DNA of 64,000 nucleotides from Chiloscyllium plagiosum (lineage: Eukaryota), in the NCBI RefSeq assembly GCF_004010195.1, contig NC_057716.1, positions 45,747,329 to 45,811,328 on the forward strand, given 5' to 3'. Of the stretch, positions 36,401-47,620 are shown in pieces. Both the position numbers and the translations under genes were made by a program. Below the pieces are notes generated by a model. The model was not told the origin of the DNA. It was given only the letters and a program-made list of their open reading frames with translations, and did not search any database. How positions within the stretch are numbered: position 1 is the stretch's first letter; every line of letters starts with the position of its first letter.

Positions 36401-39400
36401 AGTGATGTGGTGGGGGGGGAGGGCGGGAGTGGTGTCATACAGAATATAAGTGACATGGCAGCTCCCTGGATAGTGGGCACACACCTGCAGGAATTGTTGC
36501 TTGTGGTTCCAAAGTAACTGGACATTGAGGGATTGAAATCTCTTCCTGTTCAGGAGTCTGGCTGCCAGGGAGTTGCAGCACCACATGGGTGTACTCAATA
36601 ACCCCTTGAACCTCAAGGAACTAGCAATAGCTACAAACCCCACAGCTCAGGTAGCTTGACTCTCCGTCTCCATGGTGAACTGGACAATTACTTTTCTGTA
36701 AAGGGCATGAGTAATTTCACAAACACAGTGTGGCCTTCTGATTGGGAGATGCTACACAAAACTCCAACTGATCTGTGAAAGGAGCTGGTATTAAGACACT
36801 GCGATACTGCTGTGATCATCAGGCCCCATAGCACTGCATCCCAAGCTTTAAGGCTGCAGACCTGCCTACAGGAGGTGGCAGATGTACAAGGATGGTTTCT
36901 TAAGTTATGCAAATACATTTCCTGCCCTACCTTCACTCACTGGAAGATAGCTACATGCCTCTTGAACCCCTTTCCCCGTGGACTGGTTAATGTCATTATT
37001 TCCCTCCTTCAGGTAGTTAATATAGTAGTTAGAAGACATACAGTAAGCTTGCCCTTATCAGGCATGGTACAGATTCAAAGATCAGTGAATTGTTGAAGCA
37101 GTACATAACTTTAGTTAGGCCACAGCTGGAGTACTATGTGCAGTTCTGGTCACCACACTGTAAGAAGGGTGCAATTGCCCTGTAAGGGGTGCAAAGGAGA
37201 TTCATCAGGATGTTGCCTAGATGGAGCGGTTTAGCTAGGAAGAGAGGCTGGATAACTTCAGTGAAGGTTGAGGGGATCTGATTGAGATGTATAAGATTAT
37301 GAGGAACACGGACAGAGTGAATAGAAAGAAGTTTGTTCTTCTTAGTTGAAAGGTCAATAGCATAATTTTAAAGTGAAAGGCAGGAGGTTTAGAGTAGATT
37401 TGAGGAAAACCTTTTTCACCCAGAGTGGGTGGGAGCTGGAAATTCACAGCTTGGGAGAATAGTTGTGGTTGGTAATCTCAAATGTTTTAAAAGTACTTGG
37501 AATGAGCATGGAGTCATAGAGATGTACAGCGCGGAAACAGACCCTTCGGTCCAACTCGTCCATGCCGACCAGATATCCTAACCTTATCTAGATCCATTTG
37601 CCAGCACTTGGCCCATATCTCTTTAAGCCCTTCCTGTTCATATACCATCCAGATGCCTATTAAATGTTGTAATTGTACCAGCCTCCACTACTTCCTCTGG
37701 CAGTTCATAGACACACCATCCTCTATGTGAAAAAGTAGACCTTTAGGTCTTTTTTATCGCTTTCCCCTCTCACCCTAAATCTATGCTCTTGAGTTCAGGA
37801 CTCCCGCACCCCAAGGAAAACATAAGGGGCATCTTTTATCTCTATTTCTCCTATCCATGCCCCTCATATTTTTATAAACCTCTAGAAGGTCACACCTCAG
37901 CCTCTGATTCTCCAGGGAAAACAGCCCAAGCCTATTTAGCCTCTCCCTATAGCTTAAATCCTCCAACACTGGCAACATCCTTGTAAATCTTTTCTGAAAC
38001 CTTTCAAGTTTCACCACATCCTTCTGATAGGAAGGAGACCAGAACTGCACGCAATATTCCAAAAATGGCACTGAAGTGTTAGAATATTCAAGGCTATGGG
38101 ACTAGTGTTGGAAAGTGGGACCAGTGATGGTAGTCTTTTTGGAAGTACAGATTTGATGGGCCGAAGGGCCTATTCTGTATTGTATGATTCTGTGAATGGG
38201 AGACTTCAGCATTAACACAATAGGCATTTCCATGAAAGGCATTTCGGAGGGCGATAAGTTAGTAAAGTAATACTTACTCACCAGGCATTGGAGGAAGCAG
38301 TGGACCCCACCAGGTACATGCCTCTTATTTACAGTCAACTTTGTGAACAGATGGATGTCATTTTTGGGGACCATAATTGCAATCCTAATTTTGTGACATA
38401 TTTTCAATAACTTCAAAAGCTTGAAATCAAAACTGTGATGGGTAACGTTTTTTGCTTCACCTGTCTCTGGAAACAGTTGTAAAGCAAACTGTTCAATGCA
38501 GAACGTCAGCCCAATTTCAGAGGCAAATTGATGACCATTGCAGAAAAAGAAGGACGACAGCAGGAATAGGCAAAACAAGGCGGTCTTTTTGAAAAGAAAA
38601 TTCACAGCTGTTCATCATGTAGGGACTGCAGCTATTTTCCAAAATACCAAATTAGCATTGTAAACATCGAAATCAGACCTTTCAAAATTCAACCTATAGC
38701 CCAATTTCTCTTCGATCTTAGTTTAATCTCAATTCATCAATAATGTACACTTATTATGGGATTCTGACAGCAAGCTATGGCTTTTGATAAATTATATATC
38801 TCAAGCCAGATTTAAAATTTGAAGCCCAAGTGCTAATTAACAATACAGGCCTAGTTAATAACGAGATTTCTTGTTGAGTATCTGATCACAGCATGGGCGT
38901 CATTTGTCAAGAATGCTCAAATCTACCTTAGAGACCAGTTTCTGTAATTCTCCCATGCCTACCATATGTAAAATTGGGATCTTTGTTTCTATAATAACCT
39001 TTTATTAGGGAACTGACATAATGATTAAGCTCACTGAGACACATACAATGAATTAGACGATTACCCTTGCTGCTTTAAGCTTTTCGGAATTGCAGCAAGA
39101 CAAAATAATTAATATCGAATTTTAATTTGATGTGTTCCACATTTAAACCCCAATTTGCAAAGTACACCTGGAAAGCTGCCACTGTTCACTCGCAGTTTAA
39201 GCTGATGAAAGAAAGGCTCCTGCAGTTTGAAATACTAGTTGAAGTGTGGAGGAAATAACATGGGCTAGGTAATGACTTACTCCTGACTTTCTACTCTTAT
39301 CACAACACGTGGTCATGGATTTTAAAAATGAGCCACCAGTCTTTCAAAAGAATGTAATGTATCAACTGGTTGAGAGAAACAAATTAAATTTTTTGCAATA

Positions 39401-42400
39401 CTAGTTAATACTGATATGATATTGTTAGTCTTACAAAATTGTTTATAAACGATTTATTAATTCAACGTGACTTTCTTGCACATTTCACCAATTCGGTTTT
39501 AAAACTATGGATATTACATTTGTCTAACTGATATGAGTAAAACATCAACTTAAAAAAATTGAGCTTCATCTTAAAAACGTTTTACTACAGAAAAGCTATT
39601 TAACATTGCGAGACCAAATTCTTACGTTTCCCATTATTCTACACAATAAAATTAACCCTGTACATTCCAACAGCTTGCTTAAAATGATAACACTTGTTAC
39701 TTGACACATGTATGCATTCCTTGGACTGCGACTTTCCCTTTCTTGACACTAAAAGTTGGGGGGTGGGGCGACCATGAACTAATTACCCATATGCTGATAA
39801 ATCTCAACTAATCACATGCGAACCAGCTGAAGAGTTGACTGGTGAGCATTAGTGAGTAATTCAGCCTCAACAGTCATTGTCAGTGGAACCCTCACCCCAG
39901 AAACTGCCGGAAATCAAAGGCTGGCAGCTTCCGTGTCTGAAAGTCCAGCAGTAAAGTCTTGCAGTGGTCTTCAGGGAATCCAACAGCGAGAAGGCAGGTC
40001 TTTTTCTTTTTACTCCTGCAGGGTGGGTATCATTGGGATAGGGGATTTGAGGGGTCAGAGACAAGGTCAAAGGGTGGTTTTCAGAGCCACCCCACTGTCC
40101 CCAGACAGTTTTCCCCCAACATTGGAACAACTGGAGATTTCCCCCCAAAGTGATTTCCCCCCACTCTCCCTGCAAAACCTGGCAAGCATGTTGTCTTGGT
40201 TTCCCAGTGGAGAAATCAGCCAATTTAATGGCTTGCCAGGAGGTATGTAATCAGGAAGGTGGTGAGTTAATATCCATAAATGGCTGTTCACTGGCCACTT
40301 AAGTGCTTTAATTCGAAGCTGGTCAGGAAAGACTCCAATTTACTTTCTCACCTAGAATTTATTTTTGATGTGGCAACAGGGAAGTGAATATCTCTCCAGG
40401 GTCAAATTGTCCAATAATTGCCCTTTCTCACTACCTCCAGGGAGAGGATAAATTCCAACTCTTGTGTAGCAATGATTGAATTTGTGCTTTCTGGACAAGG
40501 ATTAAAAGTCTGCAATAACTATGCTTCATGCTGACTGGAAAAGACATTCATATGAATTTGAATATTTCCCAGCTATGAATTTTCAGGATGCAACTCACCT
40601 CTAAAAGGAAACATGTTGACTTGTAGATTAATGTTTATGGCTATAAAATTCTAATTTACATTTCTTGACAAATTTGTGATCATTCAACATGCACCATTAA
40701 GAATTCTCACAAATTCATTTGTGAAAGACAGCATATGTTACAACAGCATGTACACTTTATCCCTGAAATTTACCATTTTTGAAATGATTGAATGTATTTA
40801 CTGGAAGAAATTCAGAATTATTATGAATGTGAGAGTTAAGAAGCAGTCTGTTGAGGTCTAACAGGTTGTGGTATGACAAGCTTTTAGATTCTTTCTGCAA
40901 TTCTCACATTGTAGGGATGTGGAAATGACAGTCACCCAGGAATTAGACGAAGGAAGATCAGAGTTATTATAATACAGCTCATCCACTCCATTCCTGTCTT
41001 CTATGGAAAAGACCATTGAGTCTCATTCCACCATCTTATTACTGCAGCCCTGCAAGTTTATTCGAAAGTGCTTATCATTTTGTTTTGAAATTGCCTCTGG
41101 TCCATCATTCTCATAAATAGGAGGTTTTTTTTTAGATTAGATTAGATTACTTACAGTGTGGAAACAGGCCCTTCAGCCCAACAAGTCCAAACCGACCCTC
41201 CGAAGAGCAACCCATCCAGACCCATTCCTCTACATTTACACCTTCACATAAGACTACGGGCAATTTAGCATGGCTAATTCACCTAACCTGCACATCTTTG
41301 GACTGTGGGAGGCAACCAGAGCACCTGGAGGAAACCCACGCAGACACTGGGAGAATGTGCAAACTCCACACAGACAGTTGCCTGAGGTGGGAATTGAACC
41401 CAGGTCTCTGGCGCTGTGAGGCAGCAGTTCCAGGTCTTTACCATTTACTGTGTACAAAATTTCTTCCTCACCCCCGTGCACTTCTTGCCTTAACCTGAAA
41501 TCTACGAACCTAGCCTTCTAATAACCAGCTAATGGGAACAGCTTTTCTTTGTCTATCTTATTTAAACCTAGTTAAAAATCACACAACACCAAGTTATAAT
41601 CCAACAGGTTTAATTGGAAGTACGCTAGCTTTCGGAGCATCGCTCCTTCATCAGGTGATAGGGAGGTAAGGAGCGATGCTCCAAAAGCTAGTGTGCTTTC
41701 AATTAAACCTGTTAGACTATAACCTGGTGTTGTGTGATTTTTAACTTTGTACACCCCAGTCCAACACCGGCATCTCCAAATCATTATTTAAACCTGTCAT
41801 TATATTATCCAATTCCATCAATGTCTGCTGCATTTCCTTTGTTCCAAGCAAAATAGCATCAACTTTTTCAATCCAATCTTGTAGTTAAAATCCCTCATCT
41901 TTCGAACAATTCTGATAAATCTCCTCTGCACCCTCTCAAGGTCCACATTGTTCTGAAAGTATGGTGGACAAAACTAAAGACTGTGTTCTAGTTGTGGCAT
42001 GACTATGCTTTCTAAAGGTTCAGCACACCTTCTCTAATTTTGTATTCTATACCAGAATACCTACAGCTCCGCCTTCAACGCTATAATTCCAACCAAACTA
42101 ATCTCTAAACTCCAAGACCTAGGTCTCTGCTCTGCCCTCTGCAACTAGATACTTGACTTCCTGACCCACAAACCACAATCAGTGAGGATAGGCAACAGCA
42201 CCTCCTGCACAACAACTCTCAACACTGGTACCCACAAGGCTGCATTCTCAACCCTGTTCTGTACTCTCGATACAATCATGATTATGTGGCCAATTCCGTC
42301 CTAACTCCATCTACCAGTTCACTGTAGGCTGGATATCAAACAATGACAAGACAGAATACAGGAAAGAGATAGAGTGCTTACTGTTGTGGTGTAAAGATAA

Positions 42401-45400
42401 CAAGCTCTCCATCAACATCAGCAAAACTAACAAGCTGATCATTGACCAGGAAGCAAGGAGGAGGGCATGCCCCTACTACATCAAGAGATCTGAGGAGGAG
42501 ATGCTTCTGAGTGTCAGGTTGCTAGCAGTGAGGATCACCAACAATCTGTCCTGGACCACTCACGTTGATGTCAAGAATATGGTGCTGGAAAAGCACAGCT
42601 TTTCCTGATGAAGGGCTTTTGCCCAAAACGTCGATTCTCCTGCTCCTCGGATGCTGACTGACCTGCTGCGCTTTTCCAGCACCACATCTTGACTCTAATC
42701 TCCAGCATTTGCAGTCCTCACTTTCACTCACGTTGATGGACAGTCAAGAAGGCACAACAACACCTCTTCTTCCTCAGGAGATCAAGGAAATTCAACATGT
42801 CTCACTAACAATAATAAATGCACCATAGAAAGCATTCTGTCTGGATGCACCATGGCTTGGTTTGGCAATACTTTTGCCCAGAACTGTAAGAAACGGAGAG
42901 TTATGAACACAGTCCCAGTCCATCATGCAAGCCAACCTTCCATCTATTGACTCCATCTACAAGGCAGCCAACATCAAAGACCTCAACATCAAAGACTATA
43001 ATCTCTTCCAACTTCTTCCATCCGGCAGAAGATACAAAAGCATAAACACATGTACCAACAGTTTTAGGAACAACTTCTTTCCCGCGGTTATTAGACTTCT
43101 GAATGGACCGTTTAAATTTCAAATCTAATGTTGATACTGCTTTTTGTGTACTTTCATTGCAGCTATAACTTTGTATTCCTTGCTCTGTTCTATCATCCTA
43201 TGATCTTTGTATGGTAGTGATCTGCATATACTGCACACAAAAAAAATTTTTTCACTGTATCTAAGTACATATAATAATAATAAATCAAACCAAATCAAAT
43301 CTTATAAGAAGCCCATGATTCCATATATGTTACCATTGTAATCTTAATATGTCCTACCACCTTCAAAGATCTGTGTATGTGAAATCTAGGTTCAACTGTC
43401 ACTGGATCATGTTAAAGCGCAGATCCTTTTAAAGGTCAATCAGGACAGGTCCAGAGTTGACTGAGAGCCAGTGATACTGATTTGTATTTAGAACATAGAA
43501 CATAGAAGAATACAGCGCAGTACAGGCCCTATGGCCCTCAATGTTGCGCCGATCCAAGCCCACCTAACCTACACTAGCCCACTATCCTCCATATGCCTAT
43601 CCAATGCCCGTTTAAATGCCCATAAAGAGGGAGAGTCCACCACTGCTACTGGCAGGGCATTCCATGAACTCACGACTCGCTGAGTAAAGAAATTTAAGAG
43701 CTCAGTTCTTGGAGAGGGCTCTTGCGGTGTTGTGGTAGCACTGCTATCTCTGGACTAGGAGACCTAGGTTCAAGTCCCAGTTGCTCCAGAGGTATGTAAC
43801 GCTATCTCTGAACAGGTTGATTAGAAAATATGAAGAGCTGAGTTCCTAAGAGGGGTGCAGGCAATGTAATGCAAGGGTAGTGTCCAATCAGATTTTCTTC
43901 CCTAATAAGTATATTAGTCAACCAGATGTATTTTTATAATAATCAATGATAGTTTCATGGTCAATGTATCATTACTAGCTTTCAATTCTAGATTTAATTA
44001 ATTGTTGTGGATTTAAACCCTTGCCCCAAGAGTATTAGCTTGAGCCTCTGGAATATTAGTCCTGTAACATTACCACTACACCATCTTCTCTTCTCAGTTT
44101 ATTAACATGAATCGTATCTGATGATTCTTGCAGGCTTGTTAACTCCCAGTTCAAGAATGCCATTAGAGGGGCTTTAGAGAAGGCTTAATGTTCAGAACAC
44201 AACCTGGAGATAAATATCATCTACAGCAACTAGAATTTTGAAAAGTAAGCAGAAAGATGCAAGTGGATTGATCAAGTTATATTTTGCATTGCACACATGA
44301 AACAATATCCCCTTCCAAATTACATGTGAAAACTAAACATCACTGCACCAACTTGTTTAAAAAGAATGAACTGATGGGAAAATATCCCAACTTTTCAATG
44401 CTTTCTGCAAAACGGAGTTTAGATTAGATTAGATTACATTACATTACAGTGTGGAAACAGGCCCTTCGGCCCAACAAGTCCACACCGACCCGCCGAAGCG
44501 AAACCCACCCATACCCCTACATTTACCCCTTACCTAACACTACGGGCAATTTAGCATGGCCAATTCACCTGACCCTGCACATCTTTGGACTGTGGGAGGA
44601 AACCGGAGCACCCGGAGGAAACCCACGCAGACACGGGGAGAACGTGCAAACTCCACACAGTCAGTCGCCTGAGGCGGGAATTGAGCCCGGGTCTCCGGCG
44701 CTGTGAGGCAGCAGTGCTAACCACTGTGCCACCGTGCCGCCCACGGTGTTGTACTATGTGACTTGTTTTCTGGTACAGCAGTCTTCAATCCCATTATCTT
44801 TAGCTTTCTTTCAAGCCTCTGATTTAATTACAATGCATTATGCTCTTCAGTTGTTTAGTTGGTCAAATAAGAAATAAAATAATAGCTATCATCATCTTCT
44901 CCCCACAAAAATATCATTTGTCTCCAAGTTAGATATATTACTGAGGAAGGGTCACTCGTCCCGAAACGTTAACGCTGATTTCTCTTCACAGATGCTGCCA
45001 GACCTGCTGAGCATTTCCAGCAATTTCTGTTTTTGTCTCTAGATATATTACTAGCAGGATAGAGATACGGGACACAGTGAAGCAGAGGTCGATAAAATCT
45101 ACATAAAGAAATAGGCTGTCCGTTAGCAAATACAACATAAAAACTATTATGAATGGATGGCTCAGTACCTACATTTTCAATAAAACATGCTGAAAACAAT
45201 GTATTAGTATATGACAAAACAAAACTGAAATGGATGAATTGTCACAACATAAAACTACATGCATTTTACTACATATTATTATTTACATATTTTATAAATA
45301 AACAAGCTATTACAGGCAAAGAAATGAGTTGGCTCTTCAAGTATATTCAAAAAGCATTTGAAATAATTGATAAAAGACATTTTATAAAACATAAGTTGTT

Positions 45401-45527
45401 CTAAGCTCAGATTCAAAATTTTGTTTTAGGGTAAAATATAAAAAGTGTTTATACCTATTGATATAACTTAGTGCGATATATGATGGTTGCTGCTGTTCCT
45501 GCCGCTCCAAAACCTTTGGATCATTTT
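21275..45527 (-). CDS. JAZF1: JAZF1-family zinc-finger gene, partial (exons 2-5; exon 1 not seen in window)
   Basis: Join of 45455-45527, 28130-28326, 24626-24795 and 21275-21451 gives ...NDPKVLERQEQQQPSYIALSYINRFLTDAARRERE...TPPVTPSSSACSGTPTGSELDEEEIECEDSDSDESWTTESAISSETILSSMCLNGDDEKPFACPVPGCKKRYKNVNGIKYHAKNGHRTQSRVRKPFKCRCGKSYKTAHGLRHHTITFHPPVSVDILRKMQL*. All junctions are GT-AG and in frame. Exon lengths (73/197/170/177 nt) match the JAZF1 structure as I recall it. May be a paralog. Confidence 0.95.
24626..24795 (-). CDS. JAZF1: JAZF1-like exon 4 (170 nt), acidic region and start of zinc finger 2
   Basis: aatctttag|GCAGTGAATTAGAT...AGGTACAAG|gtatgt; encodes SELDEEEIECEDSDSDESWTTESAISSETILSSMCLNGDDEKPFACPVPGCKKRYK. 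Confidence 0.95.
25002..25133. other. Assembly gap (N run)
   Basis: 132 N. Confidence 0.99.
28130..28326 (-). CDS. JAZF1: JAZF1-like exon 3 (197 nt)
   Basis: cctattcag|ATTTCTAACTGATGCT...CCAACAG|gttggt; encodes FLTDAARREREQMRKRHQAKLTPALSSPVGRGG...TPPVTPSSSACSGTPT; overlaps ORF 28116..28394. Confidence 0.93.
29440..30330 (-). mobile_element. Older CR1-like LINE 3' fragment
   Basis: agaaataaggagtagtagtagac...gcctgctctgccattcaatatgatc...gatcacctctcattcttctgaactc. Confidence 0.7.
29916..30007 (+). mobile_element. Single-arm hammerhead-bearing Penelope mini-insert, family A
   Basis: CTGATGA-a-GGGC-tttt-GCCT-GAA-ACGT-C at 29919-29946; TSD ctccaaca at 29908-29915 and 30008-30015. Confidence 0.8.
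30385..32020 (-). mobile_element. CR1 LINE ORF2 (RT domain to 3' end), degenerate
   Basis: QHSFVSGRSCLTNLLEFYDEV...VDIVYMDFSKAFD (31458-31673) and LYRTLVRPHLEY (30794-30976). Confidence 0.92.
32180..32925 (+). mobile_element. CR1-like 3' fragment interrupted by a palindromic mini-element
   Basis: ggagttcagaaaaatgaggagggatctc...ggactgagatgaggataaatttcttcacccagac...actcctgctcct. Confidence 0.75.
32241..32460. mobile_element. Palindromic Penelope-derived mini-element, family A (two hammerhead cores)
   Basis: 91-bp inverted arms at 32241-32331 and 32335-32425 with 2 mismatches; CTGAAGA-a-GGGC-tcat-GCCC-GAAAC at 32338-32362; TSD ctaggattatatttgctg at 32225-32242 and 32461-32478. Confidence 0.9.
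34600..36960 (-). mobile_element. Second degenerate Harbinger element (transposase at ~36070-36960 on minus)
   Basis: LLNRKRFQSLNVQLLWNHKQQFLQVCAHYPGSCH, SDKGYPQKRWQMT and TRTIIDQTVG.LKMWF; probable Myb-gene 3' part on plus at 34600-35330. Confidence 0.75.
35570..36068 (-). mobile_element. CR1 3' fragment
   Basis: ORF 35647-35991 contains LRGDLIEVYKIMRGMDR...FFTQRVIRVWSELP. Confidence 0.9.
37100..37505 (+). mobile_element. CR1 3' fragment
   Basis: gttaggccacagctggagtactatgtgcagttctggtcacc...ggggatctgattgagatgtataag. Confidence 0.8.
37510..38070 (-). mobile_element. CR1 3' fragment nested in the previous copy
   Basis: ORF 37781-38071 contains LEYCVQFWSPSYQKDVVKLER. Confidence 0.88.
41132..41428 (-). 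mobile_element. HE1-type SINE
   Basis: (ttaga)n tail; matches 44419-44742; 5' ~30 bp missing. Confidence 0.9.
41570..41783. mobile_element. Palindromic Penelope-derived mini-element, family B
   Basis: Inverted arms; minus-strand core CTGATGA-a-GGAGC-gat-GCTCC-GAA-AGCT-A (41625-41654); TSD ttatttaaacct at 41558-41569 and 41784-41795. Confidence 0.85.
42060..43300 (+). mobile_element. Rex1/Babar LINE (RT to 3' end), degenerate
   Basis: SSAFNAIIPTKLISKLQDLGL...ILDFLTHKPQSVRIG, WCKDNKLSINISKT, LPSGRRYKSI...FRNNFFPAVIRLLN; (aaatc)n tail. Confidence 0.85.
42571..42724 (+). mobile_element. Family A mini-element with short inverted 5' arm, nested in Rex1
   Basis: CTGATGA-a-GGGC-tttt-GCCC-aAAACGTC (G12 mutated); TSD cactcacgttgatg at 42557-42570 and 42725-42738. 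Confidence 0.85.
43489..43692 (-). mobile_element. Young CR1 3' tail
   Basis: Near-identical reverse complement of 7275-7475; (agaacat)n tail. Confidence 0.9.
43711..43832 (+). mobile_element. Short tRNA-derived SINE
   Basis: A-box-like ggtgttgtggtagc, B-box ggttcaagtccc; degenerate TSD aagagctcagttctt / aagagctgagttcct. Confidence 0.6.
44419..44742 (-). mobile_element. Full-length young HE1-type SINE
   Basis: CpG-rich; 5' gggcggcacggtggcacagtggttagc, B-box gggctcaattccc, microsatellite tail. Confidence 0.93.
44941..45039 (+). mobile_element. Single-arm hammerhead-bearing Penelope mini-insert, family C
   Basis: CTGAGGA-a-GGGTC-actc-GTCCC-GAA-ACGT-T; TSD tagatatattact at 44930-44942 and 45040-45052. 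Confidence 0.82.
45455..45527 (-). CDS. JAZF1: JAZF1-like exon 2 (73 nt)
   Basis: ttctttcgacag|AAAATGATCCAAAG...ATCAATAG|gtataa; encodes (E)NDPKVLERQEQQQPSYIALSYIN(R), similar to JAZF1 DTDPRVLEKQELQQPTYVALSYINR. Confidence 0.93.
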
Positions 45528-45844
45528 CTGTCGAAAGAACATACCAGAATTAATTAACAAGAATCTTACTGTTACATAATTTTAAAAGCAGCTATTAAAT
45601 ATTTGGCATGCAATGAAATATCAGATTTATTTCACAGGAATTTCACATCACACAATAAAGTCAACTCAATGGAGAAAATATCTGCCTCATTACTTCTCGT
45701 TTTTCAATGTAAACAAGAGGGCAGTGAAATCATCTTTTAAAATCCTCACAGCTCTTAACTGAGGTCCATATTATGCAACTTCTGAGTGAGCCTTGTAATA
45801 GGTACTCAATACTCCTGTATTGCAGTAGGCAAGAGTTGTACCTC

Positions 45845-47002
45845 ATAGAGTCATAGATATGTACAGCATGGAAACAGACCCTTCGGTCCAACCCGTCCAT
45901 GCCGACCAGATATCCCAATCCAATTTAGTCCCACCTGCCAGCACCCGGCCAATATCCCTCCAAACCCTTCCTATTCATACACCCATCCAAATGCCTCTTA
46001 AATGTTGCAATTGTACCAGCCTCCACCACATCCTCTGGCAGCTCATTCCATACACGTACCACCCTCTGCATGAAAGAGTTGCCCCTTAGGTCTCTTTTAT
46101 ATCTTTCCCCTCTCACCCTAAACCTATGTCCTCTAGTTCTGGACTCCCCCACCCCAGACTGTGCCTATTTACCCTATCCATGCCCCTCATAATTTTATAA
46201 ACTTCTATAAGGTCATCCCTCAGCCTCCGACGCTCCAGGGAAATCAGCCGCAGCCTGTTCAGCCTCTCCCTACAGCTCAAATCCTCCAACCCTGGCAACA
46301 TCCTTGTAGATCTTTTCTGAACCCTTTCAAGTTTCACAACATCTTTCCGATCGGAAGGAGACCAGAATTGCACGCAATATTCCAACAGTGACCTAACCAA
46401 TGTCTTGTACAGCCGCAACATAACCTCCCAACTCTTGTACTCAATACTCTGACCAATAAAGGAAAACATACCAAACGCCGCCTTCACTATCCTATCTACC
46501 TGCGACTCCACTTTCAAGGGGCTTTGAACCTGCACTCCAAGGTCTCTTTGTTCAGCAACACTCCCTAGGACCTTACCATTATGTGTATAAGACTTACTTT
46601 CCTGCTCAGATTTGCTTTCCCAAGATGCAGCACCTCGCATTTATCTGAATTAAACTCCATCTGCTACTTCTCAGCCCATTAGCCCATCTGATCAAGATCC
46701 TGTTGTAATCTGAGGTAACCTTCTTCGCTGTCCACTACAACTCCAATTTTGGTGTCACTTGCAAACTTACTAACTATACCACTTTTGCTCGCATCCAAAT
46801 CATTTATATAAATGACAAAAAGTAGAGGACCCAGCAACGATCCTTGTGGCACTCCATTGGTCACAGGCCTCCAGTCAGAAAAACCACCCTCCACCACCAC
46901 CCTTAGTTATCTACCTTTGAGCTAGTTCTGCATCCAAATGGCTATTCCGTAAGATCTAACCAGTCTCCCATGGGGAACCTTGTCGAACGCCTTACTGAAG
47001 TC
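45845..47002 (-). mobile_element. CR1 LINE RT to 3' end
   Basis: GVPQGSLLGPLLFVIYINDLD...KFASDTKIG (46679-46900) and ORF 46113-46640. Confidence 0.93.
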
Positions 47003-47184
47003 TGGGTTTGGTGGAGGAAGCAATAATTGACTCCCCCCAACCCCGTTGTACGGAGAATACCTTACAGTTGACATGGAGACAGGTTTGGCAGTAAATCAGC
47101 AGCTACATTGATTGAAGTGGATATGATGGAGCGCAGAGGGACATGATTTCAGATTTTCATTTTCTGTCCACATATTAGGCAAAA

Positions 47185-47620
47185 CATGTCAGGGCAGAGT
47201 TTACACTTTCCGTATTCATCAGGTGGACGGTGGCCCCGCCAATTTCATCACCATCCTGACTGGCTTCACTGGAGGTCTGAGCCATTTACTGCCACGTTAA
47301 AAGCTGTTACTGTAGACTGGAGGAACACAGAGGATATATTGAGAAGAACATCTCAGGAGAAACAGATGCTGAGAATTGGGCAAGCCAGCCCCTCACAATC
47401 CTCTGATGTGGACACATATCTGATGCTGGAGGCTGTGAGGCAGACCAAGATGGGTCTTTTCCTGGGGAAGGCTCCATCCAGACAAAGCAGGTAAGGATGA
47501 ACATTGCTGGCACACAGTCAGCAAAAAGGGTGTGGTCCAAAGACCCATACACTCAGAGCCACAAATCGTTCAATGATTTTGTACTCTCTGAGGTAAATGA
47601 ACCTGAAGCATCAGGATGAG
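47185..47620 (+). mobile_element. Harbinger Myb/SANT-like gene remnant
   Basis: MLEAVRQTKMGLF... followed by a KSFNDF-like motif and a donor-like aggtaa. Confidence 0.45.

Noticed and set aside
38102-38605. 167-aa minus-strand ORF
   Set aside because: No recognisable domain, runs into a CR1 tail, and is not needed for the JAZF1-like splice path.
44419-44742. tRNA-like sequence
   Set aside because: Head of an HE1 SINE, not a tRNA gene; the same applies to the other copies.
28130-45527. Exon 2-3 circRNA (270 nt, frame-preserving)
   Set aside because: No inverted repeat partner seen in intron 3 to drive back-splicing; no direct evidence.
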